DNA of 64,000 bases from a virus (Duplodnaviria; Caudoviricetes), in IMG/VR virus record IMGVR_UViG_3300026549_000040, positions 80,876 through 144,875 of that record, one strand, 5' to 3'. The translations under genes and the position numbers were made by a program. Under the pieces are notes generated by a model, which saw only the letters and a list, made by a program, of their open reading frames with translations, had not been told where the DNA came from and did not search any database. Of this stretch, positions 44,018 through 54,863 are shown in pieces; the first letter of the stretch is position 1, and every line of letters begins with the position of its first letter.

Positions 44018-47000
44018 ATGGCTTTTACAATTTATTACAAAATAGAAAACAATACATCTTTACACCTAAGAAATAATTCAGCAACTGGATATACTGCTGC
44101 TACATTCGGTGATGATACTACAACGCCATCTTGGGTGTCAAGTACTACACAATCGAATATTAGTAACGTAATAATTGATAATGTTTTATCTCCAACTAGT
44201 TGCTATCATTGGTTTTATGGATTTAAAAATTTAAAGTCTATAACTAATCTTAATAAACTTGATACTAATAATATTGTAAGTATGAACTCTATGTTTTATA
44301 ATTGTTCCTCATTAACCAACTTAGATCTAAGTAGTTGGAATTCTAATATATGGGGTACCTATCGTGTTCTATTTATGACATCCATGTTTTATGGTTGCTC
44401 TTCATTAACTAGTCTAAACTTAGGTAATTTTAATACTAGTGGTGTTACTAACATGCGTTCTATGTTTTATAATTGTTCTTCATTAACTAGCCTGGATCTA
44501 AGTAATTTTAATACTAGTGGTGTTACTAGTATGCTCTCTATGTTTTATGGGTGTTCTTCATTAACTAGTTTAAATCTAAGTAATTTTAATACTTCTAATG
44601 TTAGGTTTATGGATCATATGTTTTATGGTTGCTCCTTACTAACTAGTTTAAACCTAAGTAATTTTAATACTTTTAATGTTGAAGATATGAGCTATATGTT
44701 TAGTAAGTGTTCTTCATTAACTAGCCTGGATCTAAGTAATTTTAATACTAGTGGTGTTAAAAATATGTCAGGGATGTTTAATTATTGTGGAAGTTTATCC
44801 TCAATAATTTTTGGTAATAATTGGGATACTTCTAAAGTTGAAAATATGTATTGTATGTTTCAAAATTGCTCCTCACTAACTAGTTTAAACCTAAGTAATT
44901 TTAATACTTCTAATGTTGAAAATATGGAGTTTATATTTGATTCTTGCGAAAGCTTGTCTAGAATTACTTTTGGTAGTAATTGGAAAACTATTAATGTTCA
45001 AAGTATGCGTTGCATGTTTCAAGATTGCCCTTTATTAACTAATTTAGATCTAAGTAGTTGGAATACTATTGATAATGTTATTACTAACAATGCTAGTACT
45101 AATATGCGTTTAATGTTTTGGGGTTGCTCTTCATTAACTAGTTTAAACCTAACTAATTTTGATACTTCAAATGTTAAAGATATGAATCAGATGTTTTATA
45201 ATTGCTCTTCATTAACTAGTTTAGATTTAAGTAGTTTTAATACTTCTAATGTTGAAAATATGAAATATATGTTTAGCCATTGTAGAAGTTTACCATCAAT
45301 AATTTTTGGTAATAATTGGGATACTTCTAAAGTTGAAAATATGGAATATATGTTTCAATTATCTTCATTAACTAGTTTAGATTTAAGTAGTTGGAATACT
45401 TCTAATGTTAAAACTATGGAAGGTATGTTTAATTATTGTGAAAGTTTATCTGGAATTACTTTTAGCAGTAATTGGAATACTTCTAAAGTTGAAACTATGT
45501 ATCGTATGTTTCAACAATGTTCTTCATTAACTAATTTAGATTTAAGTAGTTGGACTACTGCTAATAATGTTACTACTAGCATGTGTCGTATGTTTAATAA
45601 CTGCTCCTCACTAACTAGTTTAAACCTAACTAATTTTGATACTTCAAATGTTGAAGATATGAGCTATATGTTTGGTAATTGCTCTTCATTAATTGGTTTA
45701 GATTTAAGTAGTTTTAATACTTCTAATGTTGAAAATATGGAGTGCATGTTTCAACTTTGCTCCTCATTAACTAGCTTAGATATAAGTAGTTTTAATACTT
45801 CTAATGTTCTTAATATGGGGTTTATGTTTAATCACTGTGAAAGGTTACCTTCAATTACTTTTGGTAATAATTGGAATACTTCTAAGGTAACTAATATGCA
45901 CTGTATATTTCAAGCATGTTTTTCATTAAATGAGTTAGATATAAGTAGATGGGATACTCATAATGTTAATAACATGAGTCATATGTTTTGGCGTTGTGAA
46001 AGTCTGCCCTCAATAACTTTTGGTAATAATTGGGATACTAGTATGGTTACTGATATGAACTCTATGTTTCAGCAGTGTTATTTATTAACTAGTTTAGATC
46101 TAAGCAGCTGGGATACCAGTAATGTTACCAATATGCTTGATATGTTTTATGGTTGTTCTTCATTATCTAGTTTAAATTTAAGTAATTGGAATACCAATAA
46201 TGTTACTAACATGTCTGGGATGTTTAATTCTTGTGAAAATCTAACATTTAGGTTTACAATAAATGGTAAACAGATTTCTAATGTAGAAAATATGTTTATC
46301 GATACAAAAAAAGATATACTTTTATTAGGTGATGCACCTAATCTTAATTTAATGGCAGAAACTGCTAATAATAAAAATGTAAAAGTATGGAGACTTTCTA
46401 ATACATTTTCTGCTCAAAGAGATGATAGCCTAACTTCTAATATAGATATATCACTGACAGTAAATAGACCTGTACTTTCTACTTTTAGTAATAGTATTAA
46501 AATACATTTAATTATAGATGGTATTGAATATATTTATCCAGGAAATAATAATTTAATATTATATACCGATGAAAATTATACTCAAAGGTTTACAGGTACT
46601 GTTACTGAGTCTTCTACTAAGTTATATGCTTACGTGCAAAATATGGATGAAAATATTGCCCATGCACTTAGTGTATATATTACAGATGACTATGGGAATT
46701 CTTCTACACAATATTCTAGAATTCCTATTGTATACTATACAATAGATTTCTTACATGGAGGCAAAGGTGTATCATTTGGAGAAAAAGCTATAACTGATGA
46801 TATGTATTTTCCTTTACAGGGGGTCACGCCATTTGAAGCAGATAAATACTATAGTAGAGGGGTATCATCTAGTGGTGAACATGAATTTAATAAGATTCAT
46901 ACAAAACCAGATGATTGGGATGAAGAACCAGAAAATTATTACATTTTAGAAAATCCTGGTGGATTATTCAAGAATGATATGAATTCTCTATTTAAGAGGA

Positions 47001-47743
47001 AATTAGATCTATATGAAGATGGTTCACCTGATGGAGAAGAGAGAGGATATGTAGATAGCATACTAACAGAAATGCTAGAAACAAGAGGGTGGAACGATTG
47101 TATATCTTATGTAGATGGTTCTGGCATGATATCTACTTTGCATGTAAGAGAAATATTAAAAAATCTTTTAGATATGAGCCTAGTAGGAGAAATAAAAGCC
47201 TATGCTGGTACTAATATTCCAAGAGGTTGGTTAGATTGTGATGGAAGATTAGTAAATATATCTGATTACCCATATTTATTTTCAGTTATTGGTGATACAT
47301 GGGGAACGCCTACAGCAACGCAATTCTATTTGCCTGACTTACGAGGTAGAACTTTAATAGGTTCACAAAGTGGTACGTATAGTGTTGGGGGTACAGGAGG
47401 AAGCCCATATATACAAGCACATACTCATTCAGATAACCTTACATTACCAAACCATTTGCACTCGACTGGCGGCACTGCGTCAGAGGGAACGGACAGATTT
47501 ATGACTATGGGGTCAGGTGATGGATGGGGGGTTATCAGAAGAACTATCAAAAATGGAACAGGGACATCACTCGCTGGTAACTTTTATAACGAAAACCATC
47601 CAATGACAAGAAAAGCCAATACAGGAAATCCAACAACAAATCCAAGTATTGCAGGCTCTGTTGGTGCAGTTAATAATGTTTCTACAGGTACTAGCGGAAA
47701 TTATCCACCATATAAAGTAGTTAGATATATAATAAAATATTAA
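44018..47743 (+). CDS. Tail fibre with DUF285/BspA-like LRR array and tail-collar domain
   Basis: 25 MxxMFxxC repeats; VGEIKAYAG..IPRGWLDCDG..YPYLFSVIG..F.LPDLRGR collar; HxH motifs; NYPPY.VVRYIIKY end. Confidence 0.85.
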   Translation: MAFTIYYKIENNTSLHLRNNSATGYTAATFGDDTTTPSWVSSTTQSNISNVIIDNVLSPTSCYHWFYGFKNLKSITNLNKLDTNNIVSMNSMFYNCSSLTNLDLSSWNSNIWGTYRVLFMTSMFYGCSSLTSLNLGNFNTSGVTNMRSMFYNCSSLTSLDLSNFNTSGVTSMLSMFYGCSSLTSLNLSNFNTSNVRFMDHMFYGCSLLTSLNLSNFNTFNVEDMSYMFSKCSSLTSLDLSNFNTSGVKNMSGMFNYCGSLSSIIFGNNWDTSKVENMYCMFQNCSSLTSLNLSNFNTSNVENMEFIFDSCESLSRITFGSNWKTINVQSMRCMFQDCPLLTNLDLSSWNTIDNVITNNASTNMRLMFWGCSSLTSLNLTNFDTSNVKDMNQMFYNCSSLTSLDLSSFNTSNVENMKYMFSHCRSLPSIIFGNNWDTSKVENMEYMFQLSSLTSLDLSSWNTSNVKTMEGMFNYCESLSGITFSSNWNTSKVETMYRMFQQCSSLTNLDLSSWTTANNVTTSMCRMFNNCSSLTSLNLTNFDTSNVEDMSYMFGNCSSLIGLDLSSFNTSNVENMECMFQLCSSLTSLDISSFNTSNVLNMGFMFNHCERLPSITFGNNWNTSKVTNMHCIFQACFSLNELDISRWDTHNVNNMSHMFWRCESLPSITFGNNWDTSMVTDMNSMFQQCYLLTSLDLSSWDTSNVTNMLDMFYGCSSLSSLNLSNWNTNNVTNMSGMFNSCENLTFRFTINGKQISNVENMFIDTKKDILLLGDAPNLNLMAETANNKNVKVWRLSNTFSAQRDDSLTSNIDISLTVNRPVLSTFSNSIKIHLIIDGIEYIYPGNNNLILYTDENYTQRFTGTVTESSTKLYAYVQNMDENIAHALSVYITDDYGNSSTQYSRIPIVYYTIDFLHGGKGVSFGEKAITDDMYFPLQGVTPFEADKYYSRGVSSSGEHEFNKIHTKPDDWDEEPENYYILENPGGLFKNDMNSLFKRKLDLYEDGSPDGEERGYVDSILTEMLETRGWNDCISYVDGSGMISTLHVREILKNLLDMSLVGEIKAYAGTNIPRGWLDCDGRLVNISDYPYLFSVIGDTWGTPTATQFYLPDLRGRTLIGSQSGTYSVGGTGGSPYIQAHTHSDNLTLPNHLHSTGGTASEGTDRFMTMGSGDGWGVIRRTIKNGTGTSLAGNFYNENHPMTRKANTGNPTTNPSIAGSVGAVNNVSTGTSGNYPPYKVVRYIIKY
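44255..46250 (+). repeat. Tandem ~78-bp coding repeats (25 copies)
   Basis: Recurrent ATGTTT...TGxTCTTCATTAACTAG...AATACTTCTAATGTT. Confidence 0.9.
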
Positions 47744-47754
47744 GAGAGGAAAAT

Positions 47755-48129
47755 ATGTATTCAATAGCATTTCCAAAGATATTTAATGGATCTAAAGTGA
47801 ATCTTAATAAAGATTATGACGCTGTAAAAGTTAACTTAAAATCTTTATTAATGTCAAATAGAAAAGGCTTATATGGAGATCCTTATTATGGAGTTAATTT
47901 AAAGCAGATATTGTGGCATCAAGCAGCAAAACCAGTAGTTGTTGAATTATTGAAAGATGAAATATTTCAAGCTATTTATTCATATATGCCTCAAGTTGAG
48001 GTTACTAAAGATGATATAGATATAGAGGTAGATGGTAATACAGTATATGCTTCAATTGATGTATCATTAGATGCTTCTATACCATCTGATTTGTTTAAGA
48101 TAAAAATAATATTAGATGATGAAATATAG
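47755..48129 (+). CDS. Baseplate wedge/sheath initiator (gp25/gpW-like)
   Basis: VKVNLKSLL....G....DPYYG.NL..L...I..AI..YMP. Confidence 0.8.
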   Translation: MYSIAFPKIFNGSKVNLNKDYDAVKVNLKSLLMSNRKGLYGDPYYGVNLKQILWHQAAKPVVVELLKDEIFQAIYSYMPQVEVTKDDIDIEVDGNTVYASIDVSLDASIPSDLFKIKIILDDEI

Positions 48130-48158
48130 TTTACAATTTTATGATTTTATGTTATAAT
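48130..48158 (+). promoter_or_regulatory. SigmaA-type promoter with extended -10
   Basis: TTTACA, 17 nt, TATAAT, with TG at 48150-51. Confidence 0.65.
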
Positions 48159-48191
48159 ATATAATTAAAAAAATAATTAGAGGAGAATTAA

Positions 48192-51100
48192 ATGGCTCAA
48201 GATATTGTTAATAACAATCAGGGCATTTCTTATACTAATCTAGATTTTTCTTCTATATACATAGAGGTACTGGATTTAATAAAGAAATTAACTTATAAGT
48301 GGGATCCATCTATTTCTGATGAATCTGATCCTGGTGTTATTCTAGTAAAGTTGTCAGCGTTATTGGCTGATAAATGTAATTATAATATAGATAAGAGTGT
48401 ACTTGAAGCATTTCCATTATCCGTAACACAAGAAGCTAATGCAAGACAACTTTATGAACAGCTTGGATATTACATGGACTGGTATGAAGCCGCGACTGTA
48501 CCTGTATTATTAAGTTGGATAAATGAATCAGGTAATACTAATGAGGAAGTAAAAGAATATACTATACCTTTATTCACACCGATTTCAAATAAAGACGGAA
48601 GTATAAAATATACTTTAATCGGAGTAGAAGGTCCTGATGGTGTTGTAGTTTCTAATGGCATGCTTACTACTGATTCAAGAGAATTAAAGATGATTGCCAT
48701 GGAAGGTATTGCTGTAAAATATTCATATCAAAATAATGGGAGTAACATTGTTACATCTCAAATGGTTGATAAAGATACTCATAGAATTTATTTTACTGGT
48801 GATTCTTTTGCCCAAAGAATAGTACAAAATGGTATCTTTATAACGAATACAGGTCAATCAAATTATTCAAGTTGGAAAAGAGTTAATAATATATATGAAC
48901 AATCTTATAATGAATTAAGATATAAATTTGGATATGACCAATTTTCACAAAATTGTTATCTTGAATTTCCTGATAATTATAGTGAGCTTATTGGTGACGG
49001 AATAGAGATTACTTATATATTATTAGAAGATGAGGAAAGAGCACAAGATATTCCAGCACAGGAATTAGAGCAATTTATTTCTCCGTTTGTTACATTAGAA
49101 GATCCTAATGTTACTTTAAGTTCTTCCAACGTAAAAATAAGTAATTATGCTGCTGCTTCAGGACATAAAAATTCTGAAAGTATAAACGAAGCATATTCTA
49201 ACTATAAGAAAACTGTAGGTACTTTTAAAACTTTAATTACTTTAAGAGACTACTTAAATTATATAAAATCAAAAGATTTAGATATATGCTCAAATGCTTT
49301 TGTATGTGATAGAACAAATGATGTTCAATCTACTTATAAAGTTGTAAGTAAGCAACACGGATTAGACAGTATTATTGTTAACGTAGAGCAAATAGTAGAT
49401 AAGACAAAAGTTACATCTAATTTTGATTATACTTTTACTGTTTCAAGAGATGGACATAGTATAGCTGGAAAAGAATATTATATAATTGAAAATGATACAC
49501 TAAGAGCAGTTCAAGATACTACTGGTGGTCATCCTGCAGAAGCTGGCTGGTATGAATTTACATCAAGAGCAGCAAAGAAAAGAGATGCTTTGGATGCGTT
49601 CTCATTAAAATTCTATATGCTGAAAAATTCTATACTATTAAACAGCAGTAGTGCATTTAATGAAACATTTGAAATGTCAAATGAAAAATTGGATATAGAT
49701 TCGATTTTAGGTGATACTGCTCACTTAGAACATAAGTTTGAAGATATATTACCATTAGGTACTAATAGTTACAAAGTCACTTCTGATACTCATTACTTAG
49801 AAAATAAAGCATATTATATACAAGATAATGAGATTAACACGTTTAAGCTCTATACAAATTATACACCTGGTGATGTTATAAACTCACTGACTAATACGGT
49901 GTATGAATTAGACGTAGAAGCATTATTACCTCATATAGTCTTTTATAAAAACATCTATCCGTTAGTAGTAAATGTTTCTACTTATGATAACTTAAATGAA
50001 AAGACACAGCAAGAAGTTCAGAAGAATATATTAACTGCTTTATATAATGGTTTAAATAGTTCGGAATTAAACTTTGGTGAATCTATTAGTACTGCATATT
50101 TAGAAGAATTAGTTAAGTCAAGTGATACACATATAAGGTCAGCTTCTTTTGATCCATTTACTTATGTCACTAAAGCAATATATTATAAGGATGGTCAGTT
50201 TAAGTCTGTAACTTTACCATCTTCTGTAACCGATATGCAAATAGACCAGAAAGACGAAGATAGTGTATTAGCTTATTTTGTATCTAAAGATATAGTTGCA
50301 AAATCTATATTATCTGGTGTAACTAGTTTATTAACACCCGATGATATATTCACGTACCATCTGAATCATAAATTTATAAATTATTATGATAATGTTTATT
50401 CTATTACAAGTCAAGCAGTAATAGATATTGGTGGTGATGATGCTATAACCACATATTCGTATAACTCTTCTAAACCTTATATTACCAGAAGTTATACATT
50501 AAAAGAAAATGAAGCATTGCATCTGTATAGACCAAAGTTAGAAAATGTAAAAGAATTTTCTTCTGGAATTCATTATGAATATCTGCTTTATAATAACATA
50601 GAAGCAGGTCAATCTTATGAGTTACAAAACGGTGAATATTTTATATTTTACCAATCTATAAACACAGAAAATCAACCATATCAGCAACCAGATGGATACT
50701 CAGTACATGCTTGCACAAAGGGTTGTATAGTAAATCCTTCTATGGAAATAATTTCACAGACTGATGTTGCATCATTATCTAACTTTGCTATGGCAAATGT
50801 AATTTCATGGTTTGAGGCTAATCCATCTGAAAATATATATGAGACAAATACTTATGCTTCTCATTATGTTACAGAAATATATAATAGTCCAATCATAGGT
50901 GATAATGCCATAACTGGTACTAATACTATAAAGTTCCAGAAAATATTTGAAGTTACACTAAATGAAAGTGATAACTATAGATTTTTCTGGGTATTAAAGA
51001 CACCGAGATATTCAAATGAGAATAAAGTAAAATCTTATACTTTATTCCCAGAATACGATATGAAGGTGAATAGATTATCTGATAAAGAAAGAAATTCATA

Positions 51101-54100
51101 TACCTTAAAAACTGGAGAAAGATTATATTATACTGATAGTTCAAATTCAAGTTTAGCTATATATGGTCCTGGTACTACTATTTATAGAAATTGTGGTATT
51201 ACCAGTGAATACGAAGATGATAATGCAGATACTTGTACAGAATTTGTTAATATAAATAAATTTAGTTCAACAGGTGATGATGAAAGATTCCGGAATGGAA
51301 AATTAGAATTAATAGTAAATCAAGATAATGGTATCAACCCAAAACTTAACGGTTTTTATGAAGTAGCTCCTGAAGGATCGGAACAGGTTTATATAAGAAC
51401 ACAAGATGAGCAGTTAGGTGATAAATCTTATTATGTATTAGTAGCAAGGGATAATTCCGGTCTGTTTAGAAGGATTGGAGATTCAGCACCGTTCCAGCAT
51501 ACTCCAACATTACAATCAAGTGAAGTATTTTCCGAAGTAAACCCTGAGTCATATATGTCTAATATAAATCCTAAAGAAGATGGTTTATATGAAATAGTAT
51601 CTACAATGGGACATGGTATACAAGATAATTATGCGTTAAGCTCTGGTGCTATGTACGAAGATCGTTTTAGATATACTGAAACATTAGATGATACTATATT
51701 AACTAGAAAAATATTTACTCATCCTTCTTTTGCTGATATAGATATAAGTGATGTAAGTACTTACAAAACAATAACTATATCTGAGTCTACTCAAGAAGAA
51801 TTTAATTATGTGGCAAATAAATTATTAGTCCCTTCAGATGGTGATAAGTCTTATAAATCTTACTTTACATTTGATGAAGGCACGGGTACTTATAATAAAG
51901 TAAATAATATTTCTATATTAGATAATCCTTCAGATCCTGAAAAGAATCATATTGGATTACCTTGGTATGAATTAAATAATGATTCTTATACACTATCTAC
52001 AGATACAAGAGCTCAGATTTCTTCTAAAGTTAATTCTTTAAGCTACCCAGATGTTATAACTTCAGATTATTGTTTTGAAGAAGTACCATTTACACAATGG
52101 CCATCTGGTGGTGTACTAAACTATAGTGATAATGGATATTTCCGCAAGTATAATGCTTCAACATTAGATTATATATTCCCAACATATATAAAAGTATCAG
52201 AGGAAGAAACAATTCCTGATCAAACGTATGCAAGTGAAGTAACTATGGAGTTATTAACTTATCTTGTAAAATTATTAGCAGAAGCTGAAAATACACATGG
52301 TAGTACTTCTTATACTAGCATTATAAACTATATTATAGATAATTGGGATAAGAGTGCTTGTTATATTCATCCATTTAAAACATTTGATAAAATAGGATGG
52401 CGTATAAAGAATTTCGTATTAAGTGAGGAATCACAAGGTACTCATTATGGATTTACAAGTGAATACTTTAAAGAATATATCGTTCCTCGGTTATCTTCAA
52501 CAGCTACTATATATCCAAGATGTTCTATAAATATAGATTATGATTCTTATTCAGACTTAGATAAAGTAGACATTATTGTAAAGAAATCAGATGTAGATAT
52601 ATCAACTGCTGTTGGTGATAGTTCATCAGAACAGAGTTCCTCTATACTAGATGGCGCTATTGAATTAAGTGAAGCATCAGATCCATATATAGAAATATTT
52701 GATAGACGTGGTGATGTATCTGATAAAATGCTATGTGATTATATTAATAACTTAGCTGAATCATTTACTGGACTAGCTTCTTGTTATATGGAATATCCAC
52801 CAAATGTTTATAAATTTAAAGACTTATTTAGAAGATACGATAAGATATACTACACACCGAACTTATATGTTGAAAAGATATTTGATGCAGTTAGCCCGTG
52901 GTCTTGTGAAGCATTAAACATGGATGAGTTGGCAAAAGATCCAATTTCAGTAATATCTGATAAATGGCAAAGCTTACAGCCAAACACATCTATAACAATA
53001 GATGAAACTGAAATATGGGATTTTGCTGAAGGTGATGTTGTAAGATTTACTACAGAAGAATCTTCTAGTAATTCTGTAACATGGCCTAGATTTTCAAATA
53101 CAGAGATACCTCTTAATTTAGATAAGTATTCTATTTCTTATCAAAAAAAGGGTCAATCAATAGAAGACTTAGATAATCTTGTATTAAATGGTCATTCTTG
53201 GCAAGGTTATTCACAGTTATTGTTAAATACTTCAAGTAAAGAGGGACAAAAGCTAGATTATAATCATTCTGTTATTTTATATGATGAGAATAATAAAGAA
53301 ATCGCAATATTAAACGGAAGAGATTATACTAATCTATCATTACAACTAAAGTCACCAGTGAGTAATGTTGCAGGTAGATATATAGATGTTACTACAACAG
53401 ATATGTTTGGAAATCTAATTCCAAATGGTATATACGAGTTCGTACCACTTATAAGTAATAACACTAACTATAGGTATGGTTCAGATAATAGAACTTATTC
53501 CATATTTAATACAGAATTAAACAGCAATAACGAAAGACATATTATAAACTCCCAGGTAAGAATTCCTGTAATGCTTCCTGAAGGAAAGTATATACTTCCA
53601 GTTTATACTGAAACTGATAACGTATTATATAGTGTCAATTATTGTATAACCACAAGAACACCAGATTCAAGTAATCTTCAATATTGTGTTAATATGAGTC
53701 CTGAATTTTCTGGAACTTCTACTGGCACAATAAGGATACATGGAAATGAGAATGGTGAACATCTGTATGGATATAATAAAGATAAATCTTTAGGGTTTGA
53801 TATAACTAATACAGATTATAACTATTTAGATATTACAAATGAGCTGTTTAATGAAAAAATAGAATCCTATGAAAGTGTTAGTAGGGCTTACCTTCCTAAC
53901 TTTAATGAAAGAGATTACTATGAATATACTGATCAAGGTGAATATAAATTATTAGATTCTATGCCAGAAGATTGGGAAAGTAACTGGTGGTCATACTTTA
54001 TAAGAAATATTACTATAAATTATTATAGGAAAGTGAAGTTGCCTGCATATATAACTGCTGAGTACTTTGATGAAGGTCTTATTACAAAATCACCTCAGGA

Positions 54101-54860
54101 TTTACAGTGGTATGAATTAGATTCTTCTGGACATTTTGTATTAAGTTTTAATACAGATATAGGAGAAGATTTACTACAAGAAGTAGAGTTAAATCTTAAT
54201 TCTTATGATTGGGTAAAACATACAAATCCAAGTACTGAAGGTTGGTACGAAAGATTAGGTGTAGAAGGTTCTTACTATTACGTTCTTACATCAGATACTC
54301 GTGTTAATATGTCTAAGCTCATAGAATATAATCATATAGATTATGTTGTCGCTCCTAGTTTTGAGGACGGAGAATATTTCTCATATGATGAAGATACTGG
54401 TACTTATATTTACTTAGAAGAAAAACCAGATGATTGGGAAACTAACTGGACAAATTATTATATACAGTCTTATAAAGATAAAGTATACTTTAAAGATAAA
54501 GAATTCTATATTCCTACAGACGTTTTAAGTGATCCACAATTAAGAATAAATGCAGAGAATCTTTTTACAAATGTGAATTCCGATATTGTATATATCATAT
54601 TTGATGATATATATAAGTACAATAACAATCCAATATTTACTAAAGAAGTATTCAACGACTTAAAAGAAAAGGTTGGTAAATTAGATGTAGATGATAAGTA
54701 TAATTATACTTTTAAGCCAGATAAGAATAGCGATATAGAGGATCCATTAAATCCATTATCTTTCTTTGAAGCAAATCATCCGTTCAATAAATATGTAATT
54801 TCACAATTAGATTTAGATAATCTTTCATTCAGATTCCCAGCAATTAGAGGGAGGAGATAG
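48192..54860 (+). CDS. Large baseplate wedge protein (gp6/gpJ-like N-terminus)
   Basis: SYTNLDF.SI...SDPG..L..L.A.L.D...Y.ID...EAF; SG..ESINEA..LITLRDY; follows the gp25-like gene. Confidence 0.75.
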   Translation: MAQDIVNNNQGISYTNLDFSSIYIEVLDLIKKLTYKWDPSISDESDPGVILVKLSALLADKCNYNIDKSVLEAFPLSVTQEANARQLYEQLGYYMDWYEAATVPVLLSWINESGNTNEEVKEYTIPLFTPISNKDGSIKYTLIGVEGPDGVVVSNGMLTTDSRELKMIAMEGIAVKYSYQNNGSNIVTSQMVDKDTHRIYFTGDSFAQRIVQNGIFITNTGQSNYSSWKRVNNIYEQSYNELRYKFGYDQFSQNCYLEFPDNYSELIGDGIEITYILLEDEERAQDIPAQELEQFISPFVTLEDPNVTLSSSNVKISNYAAASGHKNSESINEAYSNYKKTVGTFKTLITLRDYLNYIKSKDLDICSNAFVCDRTNDVQSTYKVVSKQHGLDSIIVNVEQIVDKTKVTSNFDYTFTVSRDGHSIAGKEYYIIENDTLRAVQDTTGGHPAEAGWYEFTSRAAKKRDALDAFSLKFYMLKNSILLNSSSAFNETFEMSNEKLDIDSILGDTAHLEHKFEDILPLGTNSYKVTSDTHYLENKAYYIQDNEINTFKLYTNYTPGDVINSLTNTVYELDVEALLPHIVFYKNIYPLVVNVSTYDNLNEKTQQEVQKNILTALYNGLNSSELNFGESISTAYLEELVKSSDTHIRSASFDPFTYVTKAIYYKDGQFKSVTLPSSVTDMQIDQKDEDSVLAYFVSKDIVAKSILSGVTSLLTPDDIFTYHLNHKFINYYDNVYSITSQAVIDIGGDDAITTYSYNSSKPYITRSYTLKENEALHLYRPKLENVKEFSSGIHYEYLLYNNIEAGQSYELQNGEYFIFYQSINTENQPYQQPDGYSVHACTKGCIVNPSMEIISQTDVASLSNFAMANVISWFEANPSENIYETNTYASHYVTEIYNSPIIGDNAITGTNTIKFQKIFEVTLNESDNYRFFWVLKTPRYSNENKVKSYTLFPEYDMKVNRLSDKERNSYTLKTGERLYYTDSSNSSLAIYGPGTTIYRNCGITSEYEDDNADTCTEFVNINKFSSTGDDERFRNGKLELIVNQDNGINPKLNGFYEVAPEGSEQVYIRTQDEQLGDKSYYVLVARDNSGLFRRIGDSAPFQHTPTLQSSEVFSEVNPESYMSNINPKEDGLYEIVSTMGHGIQDNYALSSGAMYEDRFRYTETLDDTILTRKIFTHPSFADIDISDVSTYKTITISESTQEEFNYVANKLLVPSDGDKSYKSYFTFDEGTGTYNKVNNISILDNPSDPEKNHIGLPWYELNNDSYTLSTDTRAQISSKVNSLSYPDVITSDYCFEEVPFTQWPSGGVLNYSDNGYFRKYNASTLDYIFPTYIKVSEEETIPDQTYASEVTMELLTYLVKLLAEAENTHGSTSYTSIINYIIDNWDKSACYIHPFKTFDKIGWRIKNFVLSEESQGTHYGFTSEYFKEYIVPRLSSTATIYPRCSINIDYDSYSDLDKVDIIVKKSDVDISTAVGDSSSEQSSSILDGAIELSEASDPYIEIFDRRGDVSDKMLCDYINNLAESFTGLASCYMEYPPNVYKFKDLFRRYDKIYYTPNLYVEKIFDAVSPWSCEALNMDELAKDPISVISDKWQSLQPNTSITIDETEIWDFAEGDVVRFTTEESSSNSVTWPRFSNTEIPLNLDKYSISYQKKGQSIEDLDNLVLNGHSWQGYSQLLLNTSSKEGQKLDYNHSVILYDENNKEIAILNGRDYTNLSLQLKSPVSNVAGRYIDVTTTDMFGNLIPNGIYEFVPLISNNTNYRYGSDNRTYSIFNTELNSNNERHIINSQVRIPVMLPEGKYILPVYTETDNVLYSVNYCITTRTPDSSNLQYCVNMSPEFSGTSTGTIRIHGNENGEHLYGYNKDKSLGFDITNTDYNYLDITNELFNEKIESYESVSRAYLPNFNERDYYEYTDQGEYKLLDSMPEDWESNWWSYFIRNITINYYRKVKLPAYITAEYFDEGLITKSPQDLQWYELDSSGHFVLSFNTDIGEDLLQEVELNLNSYDWVKHTNPSTEGWYERLGVEGSYYYVLTSDTRVNMSKLIEYNHIDYVVAPSFEDGEYFSYDEDTGTYIYLEEKPDDWETNWTNYYIQSYKDKVYFKDKEFYIPTDVLSDPQLRINAENLFTNVNSDIVYIIFDDIYKYNNNPIFTKEVFNDLKEKVGKLDVDDKYNYTFKPDKNSDIEDPLNPLSFFEANHPFNKYVISQLDLDNLSFRFPAIRGRR

Positions 54861-54863
54861 TAA

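Noticed and set aside
44255-46250. Regular ~78-bp repeats as a CRISPR array
   Set aside because: Repeats are degenerate, in frame and encode LRR units; there are no unique spacers or cas genes.
37078-47743. Diversity-generating retroelement acting on fibre genes
   Set aside because: No reverse transcriptase seen, and no template/variable pair differing only at adenines; one could lie outside the window.
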